Below are positions 37,528 to 51,015 of a DNA stretch of 64,000 bases, in pieces. Where the stretch lies: contig OZ024743.1 in the NCBI GenBank assembly GCA_964016885.1, positions 49,290,001-49,354,000 of the forward strand, in the 5' to 3' direction. The notes beneath the pieces were generated by a model. It worked only from the letters and a program-made list of their open reading frames with translations. It had not been told where the DNA came from and searched no databases. The stretch comes from Eledone cirrhosa (taxonomy: Eukaryota). Within the stretch, counting starts at the first letter, position 1; every line of letters begins with the position of its first letter. Made by a program: the position numbers and the translations under genes.

Positions 37528-39130
37528 ACTCTCTATATATATATATAATATACATGTATATATATAAAGTATAAAATTATGATGATACACACATGACTAT
37601 TGTTAAAAAGTTTGTTAAGTAACCAAGGGATTTTGGGTTGGATCTCCTGTGTGACCTTAGGCAAGTGCATTCTACTATAGTCTTGGCTTGACATATGCCT
37701 TAAAGTGAAATTGGTAGGTAGAAACTAATAAGAAGCCCATCATTTAAGCTGGAGATCCATGAAGATTTTGGAGATAAACCATCTTAATTTGAAGATTTTG
37801 GCAGATAAACCATCTTAATTTGGAGCCTTGTTGTTCTTTAGTTCCTCGATAGAGCAATACATACCATAGATGAAAATAATGGAGTGTAGGGTAATTTGAG
37901 GAATGCCTCTGGTTGTAGAAAGGTCTCATTCAATCCATGCCAGCATAGAAAAATTGGACATAAAAACAATGATGATAAGGAATGATATATATTCAAGATG
38001 AAAGAGCTGTGACATACATGCTTCTATTGAGAAGTATTAGAGGTATGAATGTCACAGTGACTGAATCTTATAGTTTTTTAGCTGGAAATTAACTTCAAGT
38101 TTTCTTCCAAATGATGGAACTAGTTTTTCAGGAAACTCCTAACTACACTAACCCATTGTCTTTTATTTGGCTAATTCAATGTTTCTCTTTCTGAAATTGA
38201 AAATTGTTTAACCAATCCCATCTGATATATTTCTTTAAATTTATTGTTGTTTCCTTCTATAATTGACTTAGTGTAATTAAATTAGTCTTTCTGCAGCAGT
38301 TACTGCAATTATTTTCTTACAACATTGCTTCTCTAATTGGTTTAACAGCAGCAGTAATGTATGTGCTAATCTCATCTATTAACGATACCAATCAGAGCAG
38401 ACCTAACACAACAGAGTTTCTGTGTGCCAGCACAACTTTCTAGAAATAACAACCAGATCTCCCTAAATATTGTGAGTGATGATGATTGTAGGTATACATT
38501 TAGTATGGTAGGACTAAGGCTTCTAACATAAAAACACCCGAGAAACCTATGCAACATCGTAGGAGGTCAGTTAAACCTACATAGGTGTGAGCTGGAAATT
38601 TCATTTTCATATATTCCATTGTGTATATTACTTCTACCCATATCACAGTTTCAACACTATCATCAATACCTGATTGTGAAGCAAACTTCTTACCTGTGTC
38701 CATAATAATAAATACAGAATATTGTAATTTATTTATATATTTATTTATAAGACAATGTTCAAGTTTACCATAAAATATTCTCTTTCATTACATTTGATCA
38801 CCTTATATGTATCATCATCATTTATATTATTATTATCATCCTTTTACATTTACTTTTCCATGTTGGCAATTGTTGGTCAGGCGTTACAAACCAAATCAGT
38901 GCTTTATTGGAGCCATTGTCCTCTTAGATTACTTGGGGTTACTTCTTGTTTATATTCCAATTTTGGCAAGATTTCTATAGCTGGATACCTTTCCTAATGA
39001 CAACCACACCACCCTATGTGCTGAGAGCATTTGATCATAGCACCAGCCATAGGGAGATTGCTAGGTCATCAACTTGACTGAAGAGTTCTCTTTATCTTGT
39101 ATTGTTACTAGTTGAATGCCAATCACTTCA

Positions 39131-39169
<39 letters not shown>

Positions 39170-39256
39170 CATTATTGAATGACTGAATGTGTTTTAAGTA
39201 CATAAGTACTAGTATGGAATCTATCTAATGAATCTTTCTTTCTTTCTATTTTGTAG

Positions 39257-39337
39257 GTAAGTGTTCAAATTTGATTCTCTTCTTAACTGATCTCAAATGG
39301 TTCTAAGATGATTTTTCACAAATTTATTGTGCTAATG
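39257..39337 (+). other. Candidate recursive-splice site / 81-nt exon
   Basis: CTAAT branch point (39225), pyrimidine tract, TAG|GTAAGT, and a second ATG|GTAAGT donor 81 nt later. Confidence 0.55.
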
Positions 39338-39759
39338 GTAAGTTATGTTTATTTGTTGTTCTCTGTGAGGCAGTGAATTGGTAGAGTTGCAAGAGCACCA
39401 GTTCAAATGCCTCAAAATTTGTTCCAGTTCTCTATATTCTGATTTCAAATCCCAAAGCGATCAACTTTGCTTTTCACCATTTTGGGGTCAATAAAGTACC
39501 AGTCCAGGGGCAGTGGATTTGCAAGATTGTTAAAAATGGTTTCTCTTCCAGCTCTTTGCATTTTGAGTTCAAATCCCACTTCCTATCATCTGAAAAAGAG
39601 TAATACTTTTGTTGTGACTGGTGGAAAGACCGGACTCATAGTGTACTTGGCATGATCTGATGATCGTCTTCTTTCCTTTTTCATTAATTACTAACCACAA
39701 TTGTTACTATACTTGGTTTACTGCCATTAGAAATTAATATTGTTATTGCTAGTTAGATT

Positions 39760-41860
39760 AACTGTATCTAACTAATGTTTACTATTGTCTAGATAATCTA
39801 ACTAGTGCTTACTACTAATTAGATAGTCTAACTAGTGCCTGCTACTAATTAGATAGTCTAACTAGTGCTTACTACTAATTAGATAGTCTAATTAGTGCCT
39901 TTTACTAACTAGATAGTCTAAGTAGTGCCTGTTACTAGCTAGATAGTCTTACTAGTGCTTCCTACTAGCTTGATAGTTTAACTACTAGCTAGATAGTGTA
40001 ACTAGTGTTTACTAGAGGCTAGATAGTGTAACTAGTGTTTACTAGAGGCTATATAGTGTAACCAGTGTTACTAGAGGCTAGGTAGTGCAGCTAGAGGCTA
40101 TATAGTGTAACCAGTGTTACTAGAGGCTAGGTAGTGCAGCTAGAGGCTAGGTAGTGTAACTAGTGTAACTAGAGGCTAGGTAGTGTAACTAGAGGCTAGG
40201 TAGTGTAACTAGAGGCTAGGTAGTGTAACTAGAGGCTAGGTAGTGTAACTAGAGGCTAGGTAGTGTAACTAGAGGTTAGGTAGTGTAAGTAGAGGTTAGG
40301 TAGTGTAACTAGAGGCTAGGTAGTGTAACTAGAGGCTAGGTAGTGTAACTAGAGGCTAGGTAGTGTAACTAGAGGCTAGGTAGTGTAACTAGAGGCTAGG
40401 TAGTGTAACTAGAGGCTAGGTAGTGTAACTAGAGGCTAGGTAGTGTAACTAGAGGCTAGGTAGTGTAACTAGAGGCTAGGTAGTGTAACTAGAGGCTAGG
40501 TAGTGTAACTAGAGGCTAGGTAGTGTAACTAGAGGCTAGGTAGTGTAACTAGAGGCTAGGTAGTGTAACTAGAGGCTAGGTAGTGTAACTAGAGGCTAGG
40601 TAGTGTAACTAGAGGCTAGGTAGTGTAACTAGAGGCTAGGTAGTGTAACTAGAGGCTAGGTAGTGTAACTAGAGGCTAGGTAGTGTAACTAGAGGCTAGG
40701 TAGTGTAACTAGAGGCTAGGTAGTGTAACTAGAGGCTAGGTAGTGTAACTAGAGGCTAGGTAGTGTAACTAGAGGCTAGGTAGTGTAACTAGAGGCTAGG
40801 TAGTGTAACTAGAGGCTAGGTAGTGTAACTAGAGGCTAGGTAGTGTAACTAGAGGCTAGGTAGTGTAACTAGAGGCTAGGTAGTGTAACTAGAGGCTAGG
40901 TAGTGTAACTAGAGGCTAGGTAGTGTAACTAGAGGCTAGGTAGTGTAACTAGAGGCTAGGTAGTGTAACTAGAGGCTAGGTAGTGTAACTAGAGGATAGG
41001 TAGTGTAACTAGAGGATAGGTAGTGTAACTAGAGGCTAGGTAGTGTAACTAGAGGATAGGTAGTGTAACTAGAGGATAGGTAGTGTAACTAGAGGATAGG
41101 TAGTGTAACTAGTGTAACTAGAGGATAGGTAGTGTAACTAGTGTTACTAGAGGCTAGGTAATGTAACTAGTGTAACTAGAGGATAGGTAGTGTAACTAGT
41201 GTTACTAGAGGCTAGGTAGTGTAACTAGTGTTACTAGAGGCTAGGTAATGTAACTAGTGTAACTAGAGGCTAGGTAGTGTAACTAGAGGCTAGGTAGTGT
41301 AACTAGAGGCTAGGTAGTGTAACTAGAGGCTAGGTAGTGTTACTAGAGGCTAGGTAGTGTTACTAGAGGCTAGGTAGTGTAATTAGAGGCTAGGTAGTGT
41401 AACTAGAGGCTAGGTAGTGTAACTAGAGGTTAGGTAGTGTAACTAGAGGCTAGGTAGTGTAACTAGAGGCTAGGTAGTGTAACTAGAGGCTAGGTAGTGT
41501 TACTAGAGGCTAGGTAGTGTAACTAGAGGCTAGGTAGTGTAACTAGAGGCTAGGTAGTGTAACTAGAGGCTAGGTAGTGTAACTAGAGGCTAGGTAGTGT
41601 AACTAGAGGCTAGGTAGTGTAACTAGAGGCTAGGTAGTGTAACTAGAGGTTAGGTAGTGTAACTAGAGGTTAGGTAGTGTAACTAGTGTTACTAGAGACG
41701 AGGTAATGTAACTAGAGGCTAGGTAATGTAACTAGAGGCTAGGTAGTGCAACTAGAGGATAGGTAGTGTAACTAGTGTTACTAGAGACGAGGTAATGTAA
41801 CTAGAGGCTAGGTAATGTAACTAGTGTTACTAGAGGATAGGTAGTGTAACTAGTGTTTAC
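39760..41860. repeat. 20-bp minisatellite with 29/30-bp flanking variants
   Basis: Core AGAGGCTAGGTAGTGTAACT is almost invariant over ~40171-41107. Longer degenerate units occur at both ends. Confidence 0.97.
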
Positions 41861-43186
41861 CAATGTATACTGTTGGCTAGATAGAGTGTGGCTAGATATA
41901 GTGTCACATTATAGACTATAGGTATGACATATATTGTTGCCTTCCCTAACACCACTGTTATTACAATGAAATATTGTATAAGTATCTAAGTTAATCATCC
42001 AATTTAATGCCTGAAACTATTATCAGGATCACTAAGGTTAAATAATCATCCTTCTATATCATTATGGCACTTCTGAAGATCATTTTATCATGAGCAATTA
42101 AGCAATTATTTTATTTCTTTTCATTGGATATAGTTTGACATGTTTAATGGAGGATTAACATTGGGGATTAGCATTTCTACATCAAAGAGTTGTACTTCAA
42201 GATTAGCATTTCTAAACAATATCAATGGATCTGTTTAAATATGTTAATGAATCACCTGCTACCACATTGGCCCCTACCATATAACCTTAAATTTCTCCCA
42301 CCACCATTGACTCACTCTGAACATATAATCTTAAATCATTCCCACCTCCTCATTCACTCTGACCATATCCTCATAAATCTCACATTGATTCCAGCTATAT
42401 AATCCTAAATTTTTTAATTGAAATTCTTGAAATGTTCCCCCACACCCATTGAAGCTAGTTTTGTATTATTAATGTTATGTAAAGCTCTAAATATTCTACT
42501 AATTGCATGTTTCACATTGATGGTTTCCTATCAGATTAAAAGGATCAATGTTACTAATTAATGTAAAACTGTAAGACTGACTAATTTAGTGATGATTGCC
42601 AACTGGTATATAATCTGTGGGAATTACTTTCTCTAGATAGGTTTTTGTTAATTTTAATAGATGTATAAATGATGGTTATGATGGTATGACAGTGATCATA
42701 CTGTCATTGATAGCATTGCAACTTTTTTACAGTCTTGTGAAAATTATTTATAATTATATACACACTTGTGAATCAATGCTGTTGACAATCATGACAATAG
42801 CATTGACTGTATTTAACTTTTAGAGTCTGGGATTGGTATGCCATATAAACCAAGATTACTGGTTATATGTGCAAGTACATAAACTGGGTAATTTGCATTT
42901 TTATAAATTAATGGTTTGCATAAGAGAAACCTAAGAGTTTATTGATTATTGACATATGGAAGTGGAGGCAATTAAAAACGAAAATTATATACAGAGACAA
43001 ATGTATATAGAAATGATATACAGAGACATATGTAGGATTAGGACCTAGGATCATGTGATAGGAAAGTGAATTTCTTATTGTAGCAACTTGACTGAGACAA
43101 GAGTTGCATTATGTACATGTTTGTGTGTGTAAATGTTAGAGTTGCAGACAGATATATATATATATATAAACACACATGGCAAATGG

Positions 43187-43468
<282 letters not shown>

Positions 43469-46400
43469 AAGCATGGATGTGTTTAAGCAGTTCATTTTCA
43501 CAACCACATGGTTCTATCTACTGTGTGGCACCTTGGGCAAGTGTCTTCCACTATAGCTTTGGGCTGACCAATGCCTTGGGAATTTGCTAGATGTGTGGAA
43601 GCCTGTCGTGTGTGTGTATTCTCTAGCCATGTCTTTGCTTTGCATTTGACACTGCTTGTACAGGTGGTGATGTTTTTTTTTATATCCTGCATAAACAGTA
43701 TGTCCTGTGGTTTGAGGTGCAAAGATCAGAATTAGTTAAGAAAACATTGATGAAGATGGAAAATATCATCAAATACTGCCAAGTTCAACTTCGTCTTCAT
43801 TCTTTCAGTCATCATAAACTAAAGTAGCAGTCAAGGGTGGTGGACTGTTGAATTGTTACAGCTTCAGATGCCTTACAGTATTTGTTTTTTTTTTGCATCT
43901 CAGTTCAAATTATGCTGTGACTTACTTGGATGGTAGACTTAATCTGTCACTCAGTTTAACACCACCATTGGGTGTATTTTGGAGAGTCCATTATGTTGCA
44001 TTTTAACTAGGTCTTTGGTTTGAGGATATTTTTCTTAACTAGTAATGGAGGCCTTTTCCTTCCTGACTTAACAGTAAAAAAAGTGAGGTACATGTAATAA
44101 TAGGCATATTTGAAACAACTAAGTTCTTGTGTGCTTTTTTAGAGCCACAACATAATGTCTAATTTGTGACCTTTCTAGTCAATAATACTGCATCTTAACC
44201 ATCCATCCACAGTGTTTCTCTAAATTTTTACCAAATTTAGCCAGCTTTAATGACTTTCAGAATCTGTTTAATGAATAAAATATTTCAAAAGCTCATTTTA
44301 ATTAGTTTTAATTTTATTTTAGGAGAATAATTGAAAATGCTTTGTTGGAGGTGATTGAAGTCTATTTTTGTATTTTGTTCCCCTTTTTTGTTAAAATTGG
44401 TTCTAAAATGGCAACAGAATTATTGACTTCTCACAATAGTTATCTATGGATCAATAACTCTGGAGTTTTCTTCTGTTTGTTCAGATCTGGGTAAGATAAA
44501 GCAGAAAAATTTCTCTGTTGAAGACTGCCATTTCAAAACTGAGAATAAATATTTTCTATTTAAATTATTTACTTTGATCATTCATTATCATTTCAAGCCA
44601 TTATCTGCCCACTGTAAGTTGAAGGCCTCTCCATGGACAGTAAAAACTTAATGAAGAAGAGGACAAACAAAGTATGAAACCTCACAAAACATATTTACCC
44701 TTTTGAAACCTCATAAAACATATTAACCCTTTTGTTACTATATTTCTACTGAAGGACACTGCTTATGATTTTCAAATAATTTTGCAAATAATCAATAATT
44801 TGAAAGAATTTAGTTACATAACTTTCTCATTATTAAGCTGAAGTTTGGAACATAACTTGATAAAGGCTCTTACATAAAGTGCAGAGAATCAGAACAAATA
44901 TCACAAGGCATTTTTATCAGATGTTCTAAAGTCTCTGCCAACTCTCTGCCTTAATTACCAAGATAGTTCACACTAAATTATTATTTTATCAATTCTATAT
45001 ATCACAATTACTGGTCTTTTATGTCTGCTTTTCTATGCTTGCATGGATTGGATAGGTTGTTTTCCACCACAGAATTACTCCACTTGTGTTCCTTTGTCAT
45101 CTCTTCTGTCAGCTTCAGCATTTTGAGTTCTGCTCTCTTCACTTCTGCTTAAGTCTTCCTTGATATTCCTTTATTGCAGCTTCCTTTCACTTGGAACTCC
45201 TGGTAGTTCTTCATCCAATGATCATCATTCATATGTATCACATGTCCATAGCTGTTTAATCTTTGTGATATTTTCACTGTTCTAATTTCTTTCATATGTA
45301 TTATTCTGCATTGAATTTCTGAGAATGCTATGGCTTAGCAAAAGAAATATTAATTTATTCACATAATTAAACAATGTTATGGTACTCTGAAATGTCTAAT
45401 CTTCTGGTTATTCTTCATATCACCAGTGCAAAACATATATTTTACTCTATATTAAACATTTTTAATGAAAAACATTAAAGTAATAATAATAATAAAAAAA
45501 AATTCCATAGTCTGGTTTAATTTTTTTAATTTTTATTATTCATCTTAATCTGAAAGACAACATTTCAATCTGGTCCACCCACCAAATAGTGTGCTGTTTT
45601 TTTAAATTTCCTTTTCTATTTCCTATCATCCATTTTAAAAATTTCCTTTCTATTCTTTATATTTTAACTGTTTAGCCAGAGAGAGAATGGCAGTGACCAT
45701 GACCCTTCCATGGCCTCCAATATAGGTAGGAGAAATAGTAGAAGGCATCTGCAAATGGGAGACCTGGCTTGAATGCTTATCTTAGAGTGGACTCTGCTAA
45801 AGGTATCCAAGGACTAGGTAGGGGTGTTAAACTAGTCAGAAGATTAAGTTTATCAGCCATGTTGACTCTTGTGGAATTTGAACTCAGAATGCTATTATTT
45901 GGAACAAATACTGCAAAGCATCTTGTCTGAGCATCTAACGATTTTGTCAATCCATCGCTGGTAGGTCATTTTATTAACCCTGAAAGGATAAAAGGCAAAG
46001 TTGATTTTGGGGTTATTTGGATTCAGTGTGTAGAGAGCTGAAACAAATGCTGCATGGCATTTTGTTATACACTCTAATGACTGCTAGTTCTTCACTCAGT
46101 TGAAACACATTCCTGAAATATATTCATCACAGGGTTAACACTTGTTTGTATATAAGAATGTCCTTGATATAACAAGCATGTTAGTCTTTCTGTGTGTGTA
46201 CATGACTCCTATCTTTGTTGACAGGTTATGCAGTAAGTCTATTATATGTATTTTATTACCAATAGAATAAAATACATAGTAAAATATATTATAAGAAGTG
46301 TCAGCTGTCAACCAAACACTAGTGAAATAAATCGATCAAATACAAAGGTGTGATAGAAACCAGAGAGGGAGTCTCCTATAACGTTGCTTGACTTGTTACA

Positions 46401-46578
46401 ACTTTTTAGAAACCATACCCTGCTACTTAAAAATAGGTGATATTGGACAATACAGTCTGGTGTGCACTGTTACTGAAATAAGGACAAAGTGGTCACAATT
46501 TAAATGCCTTTGATGTTAGACTAAACAACAACATGATTGTCTAAGTTTTAAAATCTTTAGATCATATATTATTGATAG

Positions 46579-46765
46579 GGTGGATTGGTGATATTGGTAG
46601 AGTGTCGGATGCCATGCTTTGGCGCATAGTTACGGCCCTTGCCATTCTGAGTTCAAATCCCGCCGAGGTTAACTTTGCCTTTCATCCTTACGGGGTCAAT
46701 AAAATAAAGTACCAGTAATACACTGGGTAATTGCTGGCCTTGTGCCTAACGTAGAAACAATTATT
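46579..46765 (+). mobile_element. SINE family 1, full length with TSD
   Basis: Intact head and core. TTATTGATAGGGTG is repeated at 46569-46582 and 46761-46774. Confidence 0.9.
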
Positions 46766-46974
46766 GATAGGGTGAAGTATGTTGTATTGATGCTGTGTAG
46801 TTAACTCATTGGCTACCAAAAACACATTGACATGCTTTAGTTTTGTTTATGAAGTACAAAAGTGATTTGGAGAGAGTAAATTTAATTTTAAAAGAAAAAT
46901 AAATTGAGAGAGAGAGAGAGAGAGTTTAATTAAAGGTATATAAAGTTATTTCTTAAATTCAATTAAACTCAACA

Positions 46975-47345
46975 ACCGTGAGCACCTTTTTGATTTCCAT
47001 GTGTCTAACACATGTGGGCGCCATGCCAACAAAGTCAGAAAACAGCAGAGCTCCCATGACTAACGGAAACATTTTTTCACGTTCAGAGTTGCTGAAGCAT
47101 GGAACAAACTACCTACATCAGTTATTAGCTGCCGAGACACTGCATCCTTTAAAACCTCCATGCTTCCTGAAATTTGCCAACACTACACCTGATGTCCCCC
47201 CTCCATACACACGCACACATCTATTTCATGACTCATACACTGTTCATTTTCCTGACATTTGAACATTATTCTATGTACTATACATGCACCTTTGATGAGT
47301 TGTAGTGCACCTGAGCACTGTACACAATAACTTTATTATTATTAT
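46975..47345 (+). mobile_element. CR1-like LINE 3' end, followed by a SINE family 1 3' half (47350-47457)
   Basis: Homologous to 50020-50525 (SNT..HA.KVRKQ..SHD.RKHFFTFRVAEAWNKLP). Ends in an (ATT)n tail. Confidence 0.85.
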
Positions 47346-47634
47346 TTTTAAATCCCGCCGAGGTTAACTTTGCCTTTCATCCTTACGGGATAAAATAAAT
47401 ACCAGTAATGCACTGGGATAATTGCTGGCCTTGTGCCAAAAGTAGAAACAATTATTACTAGCAGAAAAATCACCCTTCGGGTGGTTTTCTGCTAGCCTGT
47501 TCAGTGTGTATATTGATATTATACGCAAGTATATATACATGTAGATATGATACATGAAATAAAATAGTAATTGACAATATACACAGAAATTGAACGAAGA
47601 CTGCATTACACTGTCTTATGTAATCAGTAACGTA

Positions 47635-47700
47635 ATCCATTGACGGAAATATATGACTGTTTATTGAAGCGATCGCTAACCGGAAGTGTTGACATTGAAC
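47635..47700. promoter_or_regulatory. Possible promoter/enhancer element (ETS motif)
   Basis: ACCGGAAGTG at 47679-47688, ACGGAAAT nearby, and locally retained CpGs in non-repetitive sequence. Confidence 0.3.
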
Positions 47701-48169
47701 ATTTTAAAATAAGCGACAAAATTATTTATATTTAATCAAGAATAATGAAATTTAGTAGATAAATTATGTAATATTCATTCATTATTTATTCAAAGTAATC
47801 CAACTTATTTTACAAACGGGTTAAAAAACTATATTCTGGATGCAGTCCCACACTCCTCCCTTTATTATAGTTTAGATTATTTCTTATCTTGTGGAGCCTC
47901 AACATTTTTTAATGGAATCCTGGTGTTCCTCAGAAACACTGACCTTAATTGGCAGCCTACATAGTCCTGGCAATAGATCACTCACTGAAACTAATAAAAG
48001 AATAAAATACTTTATAACATAAATCTATAAACTCAATGTCATTGCAGCTGTCTTATAAATTGGTGTCAACTTTGTAGAAATTTATTATCAATAATCTTTT
48101 AAGTTGTTCTACTCACAGATGTAAGGGAGGTAACTGGACTTGATCTCACTTTCACTCTTATATCTACCG

Positions 48170-48420
48170 TTTCTTCTTCTTCTTCTTCTTCTTCTTTTTA
48201 TCGTTTTTCTTTCTTTTTTCTTTTCTTTTTTCTTTCTTCTCTTTTTTCTTCTCTTTTTCTTTTTCCCTCTTCTCTTCTTTCTGCCCTTCTTTTCCTTGTT
48301 TTCTTTTCTTTCTTCTTTTTTTTTCTTCTTTTTCTTTCTTTTTCTTTTTTCTTTCCTTTTCGTCTTTTTTTCCTGTTTCTTTTTTTTCAGTCTTTTTCTT
48401 TTCTTTTTTTCTTCTTCCCT
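48170..48420. repeat. ~250-bp polypyrimidine low-complexity tract
   Basis: Almost pure T/C on the plus strand. Confidence 0.95.
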
Positions 48421-48870
48421 CCAAGTTATTTTGTCCCCTACTGTAACGACTGCCATTTTGTCTCATTTGTAAACCCTTCAAATATACGTCCAACCCCTAA
48501 AATACAGGTACAAAACCTCAGCTGTAGACTATTTCATTCTATATTACATTAATAAGCTTTCATACCTTCCACAAAACAACTCTCAGAACAGACAATATTG
48601 AGGTATAGTTTCTAAAAGTATCGGCTTAATTTTGAAAAACCATTGTATATCTCTACATAAACAGTTACAATGTACCATATAATTTTAATATAGGTACAGA
48701 AGATAAATTGTCTGCTAGTTTTTCACATATTTTCATAGTAAAGGTGCAAATTTATATATAGTATATCTTTTAAAATAAAATATAAAATCTTTAATAATCA
48801 ATGTAACAGCCATTTCGCGAAGCTAACGTGCAAGTGACTGAGCATTCTACAGGTACCTGTATCCTTGATC

Positions 48871-49208
48871 TACTCTCAAGTCTTGAATAATCGTCCCCTC
48901 TCCACGTATTAATTTTTCACCCCCCCCCCCCCCCCCCCCACACACACACACATACACACTTATTAAATTTTGCTAATCTATCTCTGGCGAAATTTTATTG
49001 TAAGTCATTCATACAGCAGCTGGAGAATCTAATAATAATTTTATTTTACATTAAAAAAACATTATATATGACAAAAAAAAAAGATCATTACAAGAAATCC
49101 CATATTTACAAACGTATGATATATAATTACCTACCCCTTATAAGAATTTAAGCAAATGTCGAACCCCCCACTTATTCCAACCCCACTGTTATTTGTGACC
49201 CGAGAGTA
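48871..49208. mobile_element. TA-flanked Tc1/pogo-like MITE inserted in a SINE tail
   Basis: TACTCTCAAGTCTTGAATAA ... TTATTTGTGACCCGAGAGTA are imperfect TIRs. A second copy at ~59070-59392 shares TATTAAATTTTGCTAATCTATCTC and the right end. Confidence 0.65.
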
Positions 49209-49378
49209 ATCAAGTAGATTCAGTGTGACACTACAACAAGGCTCACCTTTTGAATCTCAGTTACAATCCATCTGATAGGATTCCAAACACTGCTTAAGCT
49301 GTTTTACTAATGAAGCTTAAGTTAACAGTAATGAAGCTTAAGTCACACAGTAGGATCAGAGTGTCCATGCTGCATCCT

Positions 49379-50525
49379 CAGTGAAATAGATGCCAACTTA
49401 CAGAATGCCACGGTACTAAAATATGCAGATGACATCAAGCTGTACCTTGAAATCAAAAGGACTGATCCTGAAATTTACAACTCTTTCCTACAATCAGACC
49501 TGGACACAATGCAGCAATGGATCACAGACTGGCAACTGAAGCTGGCTGTGGACAAGTGTACCACCATGCATTTTGGAAGGAAAAATCCAGCGTCCACATA
49601 CTCCCTCCACAACACTGACATCAAAAAGTCCTCTTGTGAACGTGACCTGGGCATTACTGTCAGCAACGATTTGCGTTGGACAAAGCATGTCTCTAAGATT
49701 GTCAAGAAGGCCGAGGGTGTCTTGGCATCACTCAGCAAGACCTTTGTTAGCCGCTCTCCAGCCATCTATTTAAAACTGTATACAGCTATGGTGCGACCAC
49801 ACTTGGAATTCGCATCATCAGTCTGGAACCCCTATCTTGCTCGGAACATTGACCTCCTGGAAACTGTTCAGAGACGTGCAACCAAGCGCATACCCTCCAT
49901 CAGACACCTACCATACTCTGAACGCCTTGCTTCCCTGGGCATGGATTCATTGAAGCTCCGACGTCTGGCAATGGACTTGGTGAATACCCACAAAGTTTTT
50001 AACCATCTCGCCAACTGCAACCCTGAGCGCCTCTTTGATCTCCATGTGTCTAACACACGTGGACATGCCTACAAGATAAGAAAACAGCACAGCTCCCATG
50101 ACTTTCGCAGACATTTTTTCACGCTCAGAGTTGCTGAAGCATGGAACAAACTGCCTGCGTCAATTGTTAGCTGCCGAGACACTGCATCCTTTAAGACACT
50201 CATGCTTCTCAAAATACGCCAAAACTACACCTGATGTACCCCTTCCATACACATGCACACATGTGTGTATCATGACTCGTGCACTGTTCATTTTACTGAT
50301 GTTTGTGCATTGCCCTATGTACTGTACATGCACTTTTTTGATGAGTTGTGGTGCACCTGGGCACTGTGCACAATATTTCGTTATTGTTATTATATCATGA
50401 CTCATACACTGTTTATTTTCCTGACATTTGTACATTATTCTATGTACTATACATGCACCTTTGATGAGTTGTAGTGCACCTGAGCACTGTACACAATAAT
50501 TTCATTATTATTATTATTATTATTA
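49379..50525 (+). mobile_element. 5'-truncated CR1/L2-group LINE
   Basis: Open frame KYADD (49422) ... LQSDLD..QQW..W.L.LAVDKC ... ERDLGI ... LYTAMVRPHLEF...WNPY ... VQRRATK ... TRGH ... FFTLRV...WNKLP to the stop at 50234. Duplicated 3' UTR and (ATT)n tail. Confidence 0.93.
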
Positions 50526-50750
50526 TAATGAACTTCCATAAATATATAATTAGCGATAGATGTAAGGGAGATAACTACGACCTTACTAATTACTCTATCG
50601 CTACTTCATCAATGTCGGTGTATATCTAACACACACACACACTTCACTCTATTGTCAGATCAACTTATGAATTATTAAACTGTTTTGAAGTTCTTATGTA
50701 AATTTCGATGGCATCATCTTACTAATCAGGGCTTAGTCTTTTGAGAATGC

Positions 50751-50794
<44 letters not shown>

Positions 50795-50796
<2 letters not shown>

Positions 50797-51015
50797 CAAA
50801 TGTCTGCACACTACACATATATACACACAGCAAATGCCTGCACATTACACATACATGCACATTATACATACATACAACAAATGCCTGCACATTACACACA
50901 CACATACAACAAATGCCTGCACATTACACACACACACACACAACAAATGTCTGCACATTACACATACATACACACAGCAAACGCCTGCACATTACACGTA
51001 CACATAGCAAATGCA
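50795..51015. repeat. Degenerate ~30-bp repeat grown from a (CA)n tract
   Basis: About 6 units of CAAATGCCTGCACATTACACA(CA)n. Confidence 0.8.

Noticed and set aside
37761-37821. 30-bp direct duplication (also 56262-56307 and 44676-44730)
   Set aside because: Ordinary local slippage duplications with no further structure.
40260-41680. TTAGG variants as an interstitial telomere
   Set aside because: They are isolated point variants of the 20-bp unit and not tandem telomeric repeats.
48109-48493. Lys/Arg-rich or Phe-rich ORFs (protamine-like)
   Set aside because: Translations of a low-complexity polypyrimidine tract.
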